DNA from: Planctomycetota bacterium
GTDB taxonomy: Bacteria > Planctomycetota > UBA8108 > SXIK01
Direction of reading: 5' to 3'
DNA: 64,000 nt
Assembly: GCA_965223845.1 (NCBI GenBank)
Contig: CBDCXR010000004.1
Coordinates: forward strand, 1,600,001 to 1,664,000
Under the pieces are notes generated by a model. It had not been told where the DNA came from, did no database searches, and saw only the letters and a program-made list of their open reading frames with translations. Both the position numbers and the translations under genes were made by a program. How positions within the stretch are numbered: the first letter of the stretch is position 1; each line of letters begins with the position of its first letter. Shown here one piece after another: positions 49,193 to 58,718 of the stretch.

Positions 49193-49223
49193 TTCACCAC
49201 GAAGGGCACGAAGGAAGCGCGAG
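49193..49223 (+). repeat. Solo arm of the (CACGAAG)n intergenic repeat family
   Basis: TTCACCACGAAGGGCACGAAGGAAGCGCGAG resembles the arm at 55949 (TTCACACGAAGAGCGCGAAGGGGACGCGAAG). Confidence 0.6.
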
Positions 49224-49371
49224 CGTGTGGAAATGGGAGAATACGCTCGTGCGCGTGAGGGCTCGATTCTCCCGTGGGTCGCGCGCAAAATGTACTGCTC
49301 AGCATTCGTTGGGCGCTCGGTGAGACGCAGATGCGCCGAGTCGATCCGCTCTCCCGACGTCGCGAGGCCGC

Positions 49372-50799
49372 ATGCCGACGCATTTCCGAGAATCCAACCC
49401 GTCTCCGTCTGAACCGCGCCGATACGGTCGCTTTTCGCTCGAGCCCGTTCGTGTCGAGCCCGTAGAAACCGCGCACCGCCGCATCGCGACGGCGCTGCCC
49501 GTTCCTGAATCGCTTCCCTACTTCGAAAAGCTCCTTCGGAACGAGCCTCAGTCGATGTCGGGGCAGCCGCCGATCCTTTGGGATAGCGCGGAAGGGCACA
49601 CGGTCCGCGACCGGTTCGGTAACCGCTGGATCGACTGGTCATCTTGCGTCCTCGTCGCGAATTGCGGCCACGCTCACCCTCGCATCGTCGAGCGCATCGC
49701 CGCGCTGGTGTCTCGTCGCCAGCTCGCGACCTACGTGTTTCCGCACGCCGAACGCGCGGAGCTCGTCGAGAGGCTCACGGACGTCGCGCCGCCGGGGCTA
49801 GACAAAGTCTTTCTGCTCACCACCGGATCCGAAGCCGTCGAAAACGCCATCAAGCTCATGCGCACGTGGGGTCTCCGCACATCGCCGAAGAAGAAGACCA
49901 TCGTCTCGTTCGGCGGCGGGTTTCACGGGCGCACGCTCGGCTCGCAGCTCGCCGGCGGCATCCCCGCGCTCAAGACGTGGATCGGGGGGGACGACGTGAG
50001 CTTTCTCCAGGTTCCATTCCCCGATGGCTACCTGCTCGAGGACGAGTCGTTCGCGGTCTTCGAGCAAACTCTCGCGGACGCCGGCGTCGATGGCGCCGAC
50101 GTAGCGGGTGTGATCTCGGAGACGTACCTCGGCATCGGCCCCGATTTCTTTCCCGTCGAGTACGCGCAGCGGCTGCGGCGATGGTGCGACGAGCACGGCG
50201 CGCTTCTCGCGTTCGACGAAGTGCAGTCGGGATTCGGTCGAACGGGAAAGTTCTTCGCCTTCGAACACTACGACGTGACGCCGGATCTCGTCGCGTGTGG
50301 AAAAGGGATCTCGGGCTCGCTCCCGCTCGCAGCGGTGATCGGGCGTGCGGACGTCCTCGACACCTATCCGCCGGGATCGATGACGTCGACGCACTCAGGC
50401 TCACCCCTCAGCGTCGCGGCGGGGCTCGGCAGTCTCGAGGCGCTCGCGGGCGACGGGCTCGTCGGACGAGCCGCGGAGCTCGAGCCGGTGCTGGCAGGGG
50501 GTCTCGAAGCGATCGAAAAACGCCACGGAGACGTTGTCGGCTGCGTGCGCGCGCGAGGGCTCGTCGGCGGCGTGCGGGTCGTACGACCCGGAACCAAGGA
50601 GCCGGATGCCGAGCTCGCCGCGCGGATCGTCGAGGCGTGCTTTCACCGCGGACTCCTCCTCTTCGCACCGGTGGGACTCGGCGGCGGCTGCGTCAAGATC
50701 GCTCCGCCGCTCAGCACTCCGAAAGACGCGCTCGAAGAGGGACTCGAGGTTCTCGGCGAGGCGTTCGCCGTCTCGGTGGACGCGGAGCCAAAGCGGTGA
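49372..50799 (+). CDS. Class III PLP-dependent aminotransferase (GabT/ArgD-like)
   Basis: GHAHP, TGSEAVENAIK, FHGRT, FDEVQSGFGRTG, PDLVACGKGISG, STHSG. Confidence 0.92.
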   Translation: MPTHFRESNPSPSEPRRYGRFSLEPVRVEPVETAHRRIATALPVPESLPYFEKLLRNEPQSMSGQPPILWDSAEGHTVRDRFGNRWIDWSSCVLVANCGHAHPRIVERIAALVSRRQLATYVFPHAERAELVERLTDVAPPGLDKVFLLTTGSEAVENAIKLMRTWGLRTSPKKKTIVSFGGGFHGRTLGSQLAGGIPALKTWIGGDDVSFLQVPFPDGYLLEDESFAVFEQTLADAGVDGADVAGVISETYLGIGPDFFPVEYAQRLRRWCDEHGALLAFDEVQSGFGRTGKFFAFEHYDVTPDLVACGKGISGSLPLAAVIGRADVLDTYPPGSMTSTHSGSPLSVAAGLGSLEALAGDGLVGRAAELEPVLAGGLEAIEKRHGDVVGCVRARGLVGGVRVVRPGTKEPDAELAARIVEACFHRGLLLFAPVGLGGGCVKIAPPLSTPKDALEEGLEVLGEAFAVSVDAEPKR

Positions 50800-52082
50800 C
50801 GTTCCGTCCGACCGATCGCGAGCTCGTTCGCGGGGTGCGCATCCCGGGTGAACACCAGCTCGTCGATGTGGAGTTCGTCGGCGGGAAGATCCGCCGGATT
50901 GTGGACGCGAAGAGAGACCGCGGATCCAGCGCCGAATCGTCGCTCGACGGTGGCGGCGATTGGCTGCTACCGGGATGGATCGATCTCCAGGTGAACGACG
51001 TCGCGTGGGTCGCGGGCGGCCTGCGCGATCCGGAGGAGCACGCGGCTCGCGTCCGAGAAATCTGCCGACTGCAGGCGGAGACTGGCGTCACCGGTCTCGC
51101 ACTCGCGACGCTCGCGGCCCCGATCGATGAGATCATCGCGTACCTCCGCGGTCTCGCCCTCGTTTGTTCGAACCCGACCGACCCGGCGGAGCGGATCCTC
51201 CTCGGCGGACTCGTCGAAGGATCGTTCATGAATCCCGAGTTCTGCGGTGCGCACAATCCGAAATGGATCGTCCCGCCGGCTCTCGACGTCCTCGACGAGT
51301 TTCTCGCGACGAACGCCGTGCGGCTGATCAACGTCGCGCCCGAGATGAGCGACGCAGCGATGGCGGTGATCCGGCGAGCGACGGCGGCGGGGGTCGTCGT
51401 CGGCGTCGGCCACGCGAAGCCTCACGCCGAATGTCTGCGCGAAGCGATCTCCGCGGGCGCTCGCTACGTGATTCACCTCGGCAACGGACCGACTGGAAGC
51501 AGTCTCAAGGGCTTCCACGACGGCGGGATGCTCGAGGAGTCGCTTCGCAACGACGCGCTCGTCGTCACGGTGATCGTCGACGGCTACCACGTGCACTTCG
51601 ACCTCGTGCGCGACTGGATCGAGCGAAAGGAACCGGAGCGCTTCGTGGCGGTGAGCGATGCGGCATTCGCGATGGACTTTCCGGCCGGGGAGTTCGAAGT
51701 CTTCGGCGTCGGTGGCGTCGTATCGCCGGACGGACGGTACCTCCAGGTCGCGGCCGACAGCGCGCCGAAGAACCCGCGAAGCTCGGACGTCGGTCGCCTG
51801 TTTGGCGCAGCAGCGCAGATGCGGGACGTGTTCGAGAATCTGCTCAACCTCGTGACGACCGAACGTGCGGGCGTCTACTACCGGCGCCACCGCGCGCTCG
51901 AGCTCGCCGACGGAATCGCGCTCGCGAGCCAGGTGTGTTCGGCGTCGCCCGCCGCGCTCCTCGGGATGAACGACCGAGGCGTCGTCCGCGAAGGCGCTCG
52001 GGCCGATGCCATCCTCGTGTCCGTCGGCGGCGCGCCGGGAAGTTACTCTGTACGCGTCCGCGACGTGTGGATCGGAGTCTGA
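50796..52082 (+). CDS. N-acetylglucosamine-6-phosphate deacetylase-like amidohydrolase
   Basis: GTGA overlap start. PGWIDLQVN, EGSFMN...GAH, VAPE, VGH, IHLGNG, IVDGYHV, VSDA, SPAALLG. Confidence 0.8.
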   Translation: MTFRPTDRELVRGVRIPGEHQLVDVEFVGGKIRRIVDAKRDRGSSAESSLDGGGDWLLPGWIDLQVNDVAWVAGGLRDPEEHAARVREICRLQAETGVTGLALATLAAPIDEIIAYLRGLALVCSNPTDPAERILLGGLVEGSFMNPEFCGAHNPKWIVPPALDVLDEFLATNAVRLINVAPEMSDAAMAVIRRATAAGVVVGVGHAKPHAECLREAISAGARYVIHLGNGPTGSSLKGFHDGGMLEESLRNDALVVTVIVDGYHVHFDLVRDWIERKEPERFVAVSDAAFAMDFPAGEFEVFGVGGVVSPDGRYLQVAADSAPKNPRSSDVGRLFGAAAQMRDVFENLLNLVTTERAGVYYRRHRALELADGIALASQVCSASPAALLGMNDRGVVREGARADAILVSVGGAPGSYSVRVRDVWIGV

Positions 52083-52282
52083 ACCGCTTGGCGAGAAACG
52101 ACCTCGCCCTAGGGCACCCGCGGCCCGACACGCTTCGCTTTACAGCGTGATTCGCCTCTGCCATCATGTTGCCGCTCCGTGCCGCTCGGAAGATTTCCTG
52201 AAAAATCGCCGGGACGGAGGCGCGCCGTATCCGCGGTCGGCGGCCCGGCGGACGGTTGAATGCGATTTTCTTTTGAACCCCG

Positions 52283-53608
52283 ATGAGCACGATTTCCATG
52301 CCGGCCTTTCCCGACGTCCCGAAGATTCAGTACGAAGGTCCCGACAGCGACAATCCCCTTTCGTTTCGTCACTACGACGAGGCTGCAGTCATCGAAGGGA
52401 AGTCGATGAAGGACCACTTCCGGTTCGCGGTGGCCTACTGGCATACGTTCCGCGGCACGGGAAGTGATCCGTTCGGCGTCGGCACGATGGTGCGACCTTG
52501 GGAGGCCGCGGAGGACTCGGTCGAGAACGCCATCGCGCGCGTTCGCGTCGCCTTCGAGTTCCTCGAGAAGCTCGGCGTCGGGTACTACTGCTTTCACGAT
52601 CGGGACGTCGCGCCCGAGGGCGCGAATCTCAGCGAGACGAATCGCCATCTCGATGCGGTCGTTGCCGCGCTCAAGGAAGAGCAGGAGCGCACGGGCATTC
52701 AGCTCCTTTGGGGAACGGCCAACCTCTTCAGCAATCCGCGCTACGTACACGGGGCCGCAACGAGCTGCAACGCGGACGCCTTCGCGTACGCAGGCGCTCA
52801 GGTGAAGAAATGCCTCGAGGTGACGAAGGCGCTCGGAGGTTCGAACTACGTGTTCTGGGGCGGGCGCGAAGGCTACCAGAATCTTTGGAACACTGATCTC
52901 AAGCGCGAGATGGACCACCTCGCGAAGTTCTTCCACCTCGCGGTCGATTACGCGAAAGAGATCGGCTTCACGGGGCAGTTTCTCATCGAACCGAAGCCGA
53001 AGGAGCCGACCAAGCACCAATACGACTTCGACGCGGCGAACTGCATCAATTTCCTCCGTGCGTACGGGCTCGGCGACACCTTTAAGCTCAATCTCGAGAC
53101 GAACCACGCGACGCTCGCCGGACACACGATGCAGCACGAGATCGAGTACGCCGGGAGCCAGGGCTTCCTCGGCTCGATGGATGCGAACACGGGGGATCTC
53201 CTCCTCGGCTGGGACACCGATCAGTTTCCGACCGACATCTATCTCACGACTTCGTGCATGCTCTCCGTCCTCAAGTACGGCGGTCTCAACCCCGGCGGGA
53301 TCAACTTCGACGCGAAGGTACGGCGCGAGAGCTTCGAGCCGGTCGATCTCTTTCATGCACACATCGGCGGGATGGACGCATTCGCCCGCGGACTCAAGAT
53401 CGCCGCTGCAATTCGCGCCGACGGAAAGCTCAGTCGGTTCGTCGAAGAGCGCTATCGAACGTGGGATTCGGGAATCGGGCAGGAGATCGAGACGGGCCAG
53501 GCGGACTTCAAGCGGCTCGAAGCCTACATGCTCGAGCAGGGCGACGTCCGTCCGAACGCGAGCGGTCGCCAGGAGTGGATCGAGAATCTGATCAACACGT
53601 ATCTCTAG
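52283..53608 (+). CDS. xylA: Xylose isomerase (class II)
   Basis: [50 protein letters not shown]. Confidence 0.97.
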   Translation: MSTISMPAFPDVPKIQYEGPDSDNPLSFRHYDEAAVIEGKSMKDHFRFAVAYWHTFRGTGSDPFGVGTMVRPWEAAEDSVENAIARVRVAFEFLEKLGVGYYCFHDRDVAPEGANLSETNRHLDAVVAALKEEQERTGIQLLWGTANLFSNPRYVHGAATSCNADAFAYAGAQVKKCLEVTKALGGSNYVFWGGREGYQNLWNTDLKREMDHLAKFFHLAVDYAKEIGFTGQFLIEPKPKEPTKHQYDFDAANCINFLRAYGLGDTFKLNLETNHATLAGHTMQHEIEYAGSQGFLGSMDANTGDLLLGWDTDQFPTDIYLTTSCMLSVLKYGGLNPGGINFDAKVRRESFEPVDLFHAHIGGMDAFARGLKIAAAIRADGKLSRFVEERYRTWDSGIGQEIETGQADFKRLEAYMLEQGDVRPNASGRQEWIENLINTYL

Positions 53609-53637
53609 CGCTCGGCGACTGCGTCGCGAGAACGCCG

Positions 53638-55899
53638 ATGCCCGCGAGTCGAGTCTCGCGGGCCGGTGTGGCGCTTTTGGTCGGACTCCTCGCCAGCGTT
53701 TCGGTCCGTGTTGCTGCGGCGGAGGAATCCAGCGGAGCGAAGAGCGCGTCCGCTTCCGCCGAGGACGATCCCGGCCGGAGCGAGGTCTGGCCGAGGTGGC
53801 GCGGAGCGGACGGCTCGGCCGTTGCCTCTGGGGATCGACTGCCCGAGCGCTGGAGCGCGAGCGACGGACTCGCTTGGTCGATTGAAATCCCCGGCGAAGG
53901 GTCGTCGTCCCCGATCGTGTGGGGCGATCGCGTATTCGTGACGTCGGCGTCGGATCGAGGTGCCAAACGATCGATCCACGCGCTCGCGACGAGCTCGGGC
54001 GATTTCCTCTGGTCGCGATCGCTGAGCGACGACGACCCGGAGCTGAGCTCGTCCGTCACCGGTCACGCGGCGTCGACCCCGGCAACCGACGGCCGCACCG
54101 TGGTCGCGTTCTTCGGCAACTCCGGGGTCGTCGCGTACACGGCGGAAGGCGATTTCCGCTGGCAGCGAACGTTCGGTGCATTCGATACCGAGCTCGGCCT
54201 CGCCTCCTCGCCGATTCTCCACCGCGGAAATGTCATCGTCGTTTGCGATCACGACGGTGATCGGTTTCGCACCTTCGATTCGTTCGTCGTCGCGCTCGAC
54301 CTCGGGAATGGAGCGATTCGTTGGCGTACCCAGCGGCCCGAGCTCTATCGATCCTGGAGCACGCCGATCGTCGTTCGCACGCCGACGGGCGACGAGCTCA
54401 TCGTCTGCGCACAGGACGCGATTCGTGCGTACGATCCGGTCGGCGGCGGAGAGCTGTGGCGCGTCCGCGGACTCACCGGTTGGGTGACTCCGTCCCCGGT
54501 GTTCGCGGACGGGATCGTCTACGCGACCTCGGGGAAGAACGGCCCCGTCGTCGCCCTTCGCGCGGGCGGTCGAGGGGACGTGACGGACACGCACACCGAC
54601 TGGTCCGTCCCGCGAGTAGGTGCCTACGTGACGTCGCCCGTCCTCTACGACGGCCGTCTCTACGTGATTCGCGACAACGGCGTGGTCCGCTGCTTTCGTC
54701 CCTCGACGGGAGAACGGATCTTCGAAGGACGACTCGACGGAAAGTTCGTGGCGTCTCCGATCGCGGGAGCAGGTCGCATCTACTTCCCGGCGGAGGACGG
54801 GACGACTTGGGTCCTCCGCGCCGCGGACGAGCTCGACGTTCTAGCGAAGAACGACGTCGAGGAATACACCGTAGCGTCTCCGGCGGCGGCCGCGGGAAAG
54901 CTCTTCCTCCGGACGGAACGGCGTTTGATCTGCATCGGCGAACGGGATGACCGAAATCGAAGCGCGACGCCTGGGGAGAGTGCGTTGACGCGCGCAACCG
55001 AGTTCCTCGCCCGCGAGCACGCGAGCTGGCCTAAGAAGAACGGGTGTTTCTCTTGCCACAACACGGGAGATGCCGCGCGGGCGCTGTTTGCCGCTCAGGC
55101 CTCGGGGCGGCGAGTGCCCCGCGGCATCTGGCCCGAGACGCTCCCCTGGCTTCGCGCTCCCGCGCGGTGGGGGAAGAGCGTCGTCACGGACGAGTTCGAT
55201 GATCCGGAGCTCGCGCGGATCCAGTACGCGAGTGCTCTTCGCGAGGCGATCGCGGCCGACGCCTTCGGGGCGAACCGCGCGGCGGCGAACGAGGCGCTGC
55301 GCACTGCCGCCCGCGACCTAAGAGGAGCGCAGCACGCCGAAGGATCGTTCGCCGGGGGCTCGGAGAACCTCGTGGGGGGACCGACCGCCTACAGCTCGAC
55401 CCTCGCGACCTACCTCGCCGCTGCAGTGCTCGATACCGTCGATCGACTAGAGACGAAGGAAGCTGCGCGCCGGGCTGCCGACTGGCTCGACGCGCGGCCG
55501 ATCCGAAACGTTCATGTCGCGGCGATCGCTTTGCTCGCGCAATCGACACTCAGCGACCGACCGAACCGAGCGAGAGTCCGCGAGAGTCTCGATCTTCTCG
55601 GTCGCACACGTTCGGACGACGGCGGATGGGGACCCTACGCGAATGACGCGCCGGAAGTGTTCGATACGGCGCTCGCTCTTCTTTCTCTCGCGAGTGCAAG
55701 GGATCGCGAAGAGATCCTCGGTCCGGCGAAACGCGAAGTCGACACCTGGATCCGAGCCGCCCGCGAGTTTCTCGTCTCGACGCAAGACGAAGACGGGGGT
55801 TGGCCGGAGACGACGCGACCGTCGGGCGCGGAAAGCTACGCGCAGCGAATTTCGACGACAGCGTGGGCGACGCTCGCGCTCCTGGCGGTCTCTTCTTGA
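53638..55899 (+). CDS. Secreted PQQ-like beta-propeller protein fused to a prenyltransferase/squalene-cyclase-like helical domain with CxxCH
   Basis: WPRWRG..., GSSSPIVWGDRVFVT and repeated SP motifs; then GCFSCHN, QHAEGSF, RSDDGGWG, TQDEDGGW. Start trimmed to ATG 53638. Confidence 0.8.
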   Translation: MPASRVSRAGVALLVGLLASVSVRVAAAEESSGAKSASASAEDDPGRSEVWPRWRGADGSAVASGDRLPERWSASDGLAWSIEIPGEGSSSPIVWGDRVFVTSASDRGAKRSIHALATSSGDFLWSRSLSDDDPELSSSVTGHAASTPATDGRTVVAFFGNSGVVAYTAEGDFRWQRTFGAFDTELGLASSPILHRGNVIVVCDHDGDRFRTFDSFVVALDLGNGAIRWRTQRPELYRSWSTPIVVRTPTGDELIVCAQDAIRAYDPVGGGELWRVRGLTGWVTPSPVFADGIVYATSGKNGPVVALRAGGRGDVTDTHTDWSVPRVGAYVTSPVLYDGRLYVIRDNGVVRCFRPSTGERIFEGRLDGKFVASPIAGAGRIYFPAEDGTTWVLRAADELDVLAKNDVEEYTVASPAAAAGKLFLRTERRLICIGERDDRNRSATPGESALTRATEFLAREHASWPKKNGCFSCHNTGDAARALFAAQASGRRVPRGIWPETLPWLRAPARWGKSVVTDEFDDPELARIQYASALREAIAADAFGANRAAANEALRTAARDLRGAQHAEGSFAGGSENLVGGPTAYSSTLATYLAAAVLDTVDRLETKEAARRAADWLDARPIRNVHVAAIALLAQSTLSDRPNRARVRESLDLLGRTRSDDGGWGPYANDAPEVFDTALALLSLASARDREEILGPAKREVDTWIRAAREFLVSTQDEDGGWPETTRPSGAESYAQRISTTAWATLALLAVSS

Positions 55900-55948
55900 C
55901 GGGAGCTCTCGGTTTCGGCTCGGGTCGTCTCGATCCCTAGAGGCAGAA

Positions 55949-56293
55949 TTCACACGAAGAGCGCGAAGGGGACGCGAAGCACGACGAAGGAAGAGCAAAA
56001 ATAAGACTGATGAGGAGTGAGAGAGGAAAGATCTCAGGCGGTGCATCTCTGACGTCGTATTTGTTCGCAATCCCTCGAATACCGGTCGATGAAGAGCCGT
56101 CAACCGGTGTGGAAAAAGATCTCAGGCGGTGCCTTTCCGACATCGAATCTGTTCTCGATTCACGAAGACTTCCCCTCGTTAGACGTTGTCGAGTGACTGC
56201 GCGCTCCGGAGCCCCGAAACACTTCATTCCTCCCTCCCTTCATTCTTTCTTCCTTCGTCTGTCTTCGCGTCCCCTTCGCGCTCTTCGTGTGAA
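55949..56293. mobile_element. MITE/REP-like element with 46-bp terminal inverted repeats and an internal degenerate 45-bp direct repeat
   Basis: Arms 55949-55994 and 56248-56293 match at 43/46 as inverted repeats. AAAGATCTCAGGCGGTGC occurs at 56027 and 56115. No transposase. Confidence 0.65.
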
Positions 56294-57414
56294 CCTCTTC
56301 CGAGGATCCCACCCACGACGAACGGAAGCCGCACCACACTCTCCGAAAGCCGATACTCGACCGCCCGCTCCGCATCGACTTCGAACGGCCGGTCGACTCG
56401 GTTCCCCGCGAGATCTTCGAGTCCGGTTGACACGACGAGCTCGTGCGTTCCTTCCTGCCACGGGCCGGCGGGCACGAAGCGCCAGAGCGTCTCGTGATCG
56501 CCGACCGCGATGGCGCCGTCGACCGGTGAGCCGTCCGTCCGAGTGACCCCGATCGAGCTGAAGAGGAGAGCGTGGTCGAGCGATTCTCCGAGCTCGACGA
56601 CGAGCGCGTCGAGCGTGCCGGCGCGGGGAGAGACGATGCGCCACTCGGCGGGTACGGGCGATCGGCGATCGACCGCGGTCACCTCGAAGCGTCGCTCGAA
56701 GGTCGAAACGAGAGGCGCGCCGCGCGCGTCTTCCCACGCCGAGCTGACGCGCAGGGTATACGTGCCGCCTTCGACCAGCGCCGGACCGAGGTCCTCGAGC
56801 GGTTTCACTTCCCGTTTGATGCGCCCGGGATCGATGAGAACGGTCAACCGCTTTCCGTACGGATCCCAGAGCTCTTCGTCGATCTCGAGAAACGGGAGCT
56901 CGACGGGCTTTCCGGCCGGGTCGAGGAGCTCGAGATGGTCCCAGGCTTGCCCCTGAGTCATCGGGTGCGAAAAGTGGATGTAGAACTTGAGGAGGTTTTC
57001 GGGGAGCCGCGGCGCAGATGGAGTGACGAAGTCGACGCGTGCGACCGGCTCGGAACGTTCGGGCGGCAGGGCGAACTCGCTAACGACTGGCGGACCGGTT
57101 TTCGGCGCGTACGTCGCGCGATAGCGAAGACCCGGCGACAACGCAAAGCGCGGCTCGAACTCGAGCGTGTCGCCGGCGAGTGAATGCGTCCCCGCAATCG
57201 GCGGCAGGTCGGCGTCCTCGTCGGCTACGTGCACGGTGAAAGCGCGGGCGAAATCGTGCTCGTTCTCGCCCGCGCTCAGCTCGACGGGAGCCACCGTGAA
57301 GCGACCGGGCTCGCTCGGATCCTCGCCCGGGGTGTACCGAATCTGGGTGCGGTGCGCACACGCTCCGCACCCGAGAGCGACTACGGCCGACGCGAATGCG
57401 AGTCGGCGCCTCAC
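56224..57414 (-). CDS. Hypothetical lipoprotein with repeated Ig-like (Big_5-like) domains
   Basis: ALGCGAC lipobox, LEFEPRFAL.PG..Y, LPENLLKFYIHFSHPM, LTVLIDPGRIKR, LEDLAGN. Confidence 0.75.
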   Translation of the reverse strand: MRRRLAFASAVVALGCGACAHRTQIRYTPGEDPSEPGRFTVAPVELSAGENEHDFARAFTVHVADEDADLPPIAGTHSLAGDTLEFEPRFALSPGLRYRATYAPKTGPPVVSEFALPPERSEPVARVDFVTPSAPRLPENLLKFYIHFSHPMTQGQAWDHLELLDPAGKPVELPFLEIDEELWDPYGKRLTVLIDPGRIKREVKPLEDLGPALVEGGTYTLRVSSAWEDARGAPLVSTFERRFEVTAVDRRSPVPAEWRIVSPRAGTLDALVVELGESLDHALLFSSIGVTRTDGSPVDGAIAVGDHETLWRFVPAGPWQEGTHELVVSTGLEDLAGNRVDRPFEVDAERAVEYRLSESVVRLPFVVGGILGRGSHEEREGDAKTDEGRKNEGREE

Positions 57415-58505
57415 GGGAGTGGCCGCACCTCGAGGTGGTACGCACCCTCATCGTCGCGGTGGATGACGACCGCGCGCTCCTCGTCGAGTCGATCTAGCTG
57501 ATGGATGTTCTTCCAGCTTTCGATCGTTTCGTACCCGACACCATGAGTCTTCCCCCGCGCGACCGGGTCTTCGATGGACTCCGCCGCGCCGATCCCCGCG
57601 GTGGGAATCTTCATGATTCCGCGGTTGTTGTTCGCGAGCAGCAGGTACTTCTTCTCCCCTTTCGTGTACGCGATCATGTCGAGAGGACGATTGCGATTCC
57701 CGAGTTCCGCAACCGTCGTTCCCTTGACGTGCTTTCCGGGCTGGAGATCGCTCATCTTGAGCCTCACGAGCGGCGTGCAAGTGTAGGCCGCTAGTAGGTG
57801 GGCTTCACCTTCGATGTCGAACGGCACAAACGTTCGGACCGGCGAGTGCGTCTCGAACTTGCCGTGAGCGCCGTGGTAGATCTCGACGGACGCGCCCTTC
57901 GTCGATCCGGAGAACGGATAGGGAATCGAGCGCAGGGTCGACGCGAACTTCTCGTTCGACAGTCCAGCGACGAGGACTCGGCCGTCGGCGAGCGCCACGT
58001 CGGTGATGGACTCGAGGCGGAGCTTTCGGTTGCGCCGGCCGACCGCTTCGGGAGACGGCGCGTCGGGAAGCTCGGCGCGGCTTACCTCCAGCTTCCCGAG
58101 ATCGAGGAGCGCGAGCTTTCCGCCGGGGGCTACCGTGACGATCGCCGGCTTTGCGGTCGGTCCCCGGCCGCGAACGACGGAGAGGTAGGCGACGCCGGAG
58201 GCGGGATTGATGGCGAGGTCGCGGATTTCGATTTCCGAGGCGGAGATTCCGAGGAGCGCGGCGACCTTGCGATCGATCGCTTCGACGGCGAGCTCTCCTT
58301 TGACTGGCTTCGTATCGCCCGTCTCGACGGCGAACACCGCGGCGCCCCAAGGATCGGCGACGAGCAGAACGCCGCCCGGCCCGAACGCCAGCGGGCCCAC
58401 CGACTTGAGATCCGCGCCCTTCTTCGCCGGCTCGGGCGAAGCGATCGCGGAGGCGGTGAACACGGCGAGAATGCAACACGCGGAGATGATTCGACGGAGA
58501 CTCAT
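57411..58505 (-). CDS. Secreted hypothetical protein, probable beta-propeller
   Basis: Signal MSLRRIISACCILAVFTASAIA, SVGPLAFGPGGVLLVAD, DLAINP, GLSNEKF, EIYHGAHGKFETHSP, YTCTPL, ELGNRNRPLDM. GTGA-coupled to the next gene. Confidence 0.78.
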   Translation of the reverse strand: MSLRRIISACCILAVFTASAIASPEPAKKGADLKSVGPLAFGPGGVLLVADPWGAAVFAVETGDTKPVKGELAVEAIDRKVAALLGISASEIEIRDLAINPASGVAYLSVVRGRGPTAKPAIVTVAPGGKLALLDLGKLEVSRAELPDAPSPEAVGRRNRKLRLESITDVALADGRVLVAGLSNEKFASTLRSIPYPFSGSTKGASVEIYHGAHGKFETHSPVRTFVPFDIEGEAHLLAAYTCTPLVRLKMSDLQPGKHVKGTTVAELGNRNRPLDMIAYTKGEKKYLLLANNNRGIMKIPTAGIGAAESIEDPVARGKTHGVGYETIESWKNIHQLDRLDEERAVVIHRDDEGAYHLEVRPLP

Positions 58506-58718
58506 CCCGATACCCTCTCTAAACCCGGGGTGGTGGAAGCGAATGCGGCGACGCAAGCGGGTCGACGCAGCGAGAACTTGGCCATCATGCTACCGCGGCG
58601 ACTCCGACCGACGACTACGGAATCTCGCCGGCGGAGGCGGTCGCGACGCACTCCCGGAGAAACCCCACAAGTCGGGCCGCGGACTGGGAATTGCCCTCGG
58701 GGCCGGCCCCCGATTCGC

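Noticed and set aside
49644-50795. N-terminal half of the 812-aa ORF as an aminotransferase-deacetylase fusion or overlapping gene
   Set aside because: It is a shadow frame of the aminotransferase. The GTGA overlap at 50796 gives the natural start.
54990-55899. Squalene-hopene cyclase
   Set aside because: Only a single short barrel, secreted, with no canonical DxDD catalytic motif.
56020-56160. Tandem ...ATCTCAGG... motifs as a glycine riboswitch or mini-CRISPR array
   Set aside because: The GCCGAAGG core is missing and the site is between convergent 3' ends. There are only two degenerate units and no cas genes.
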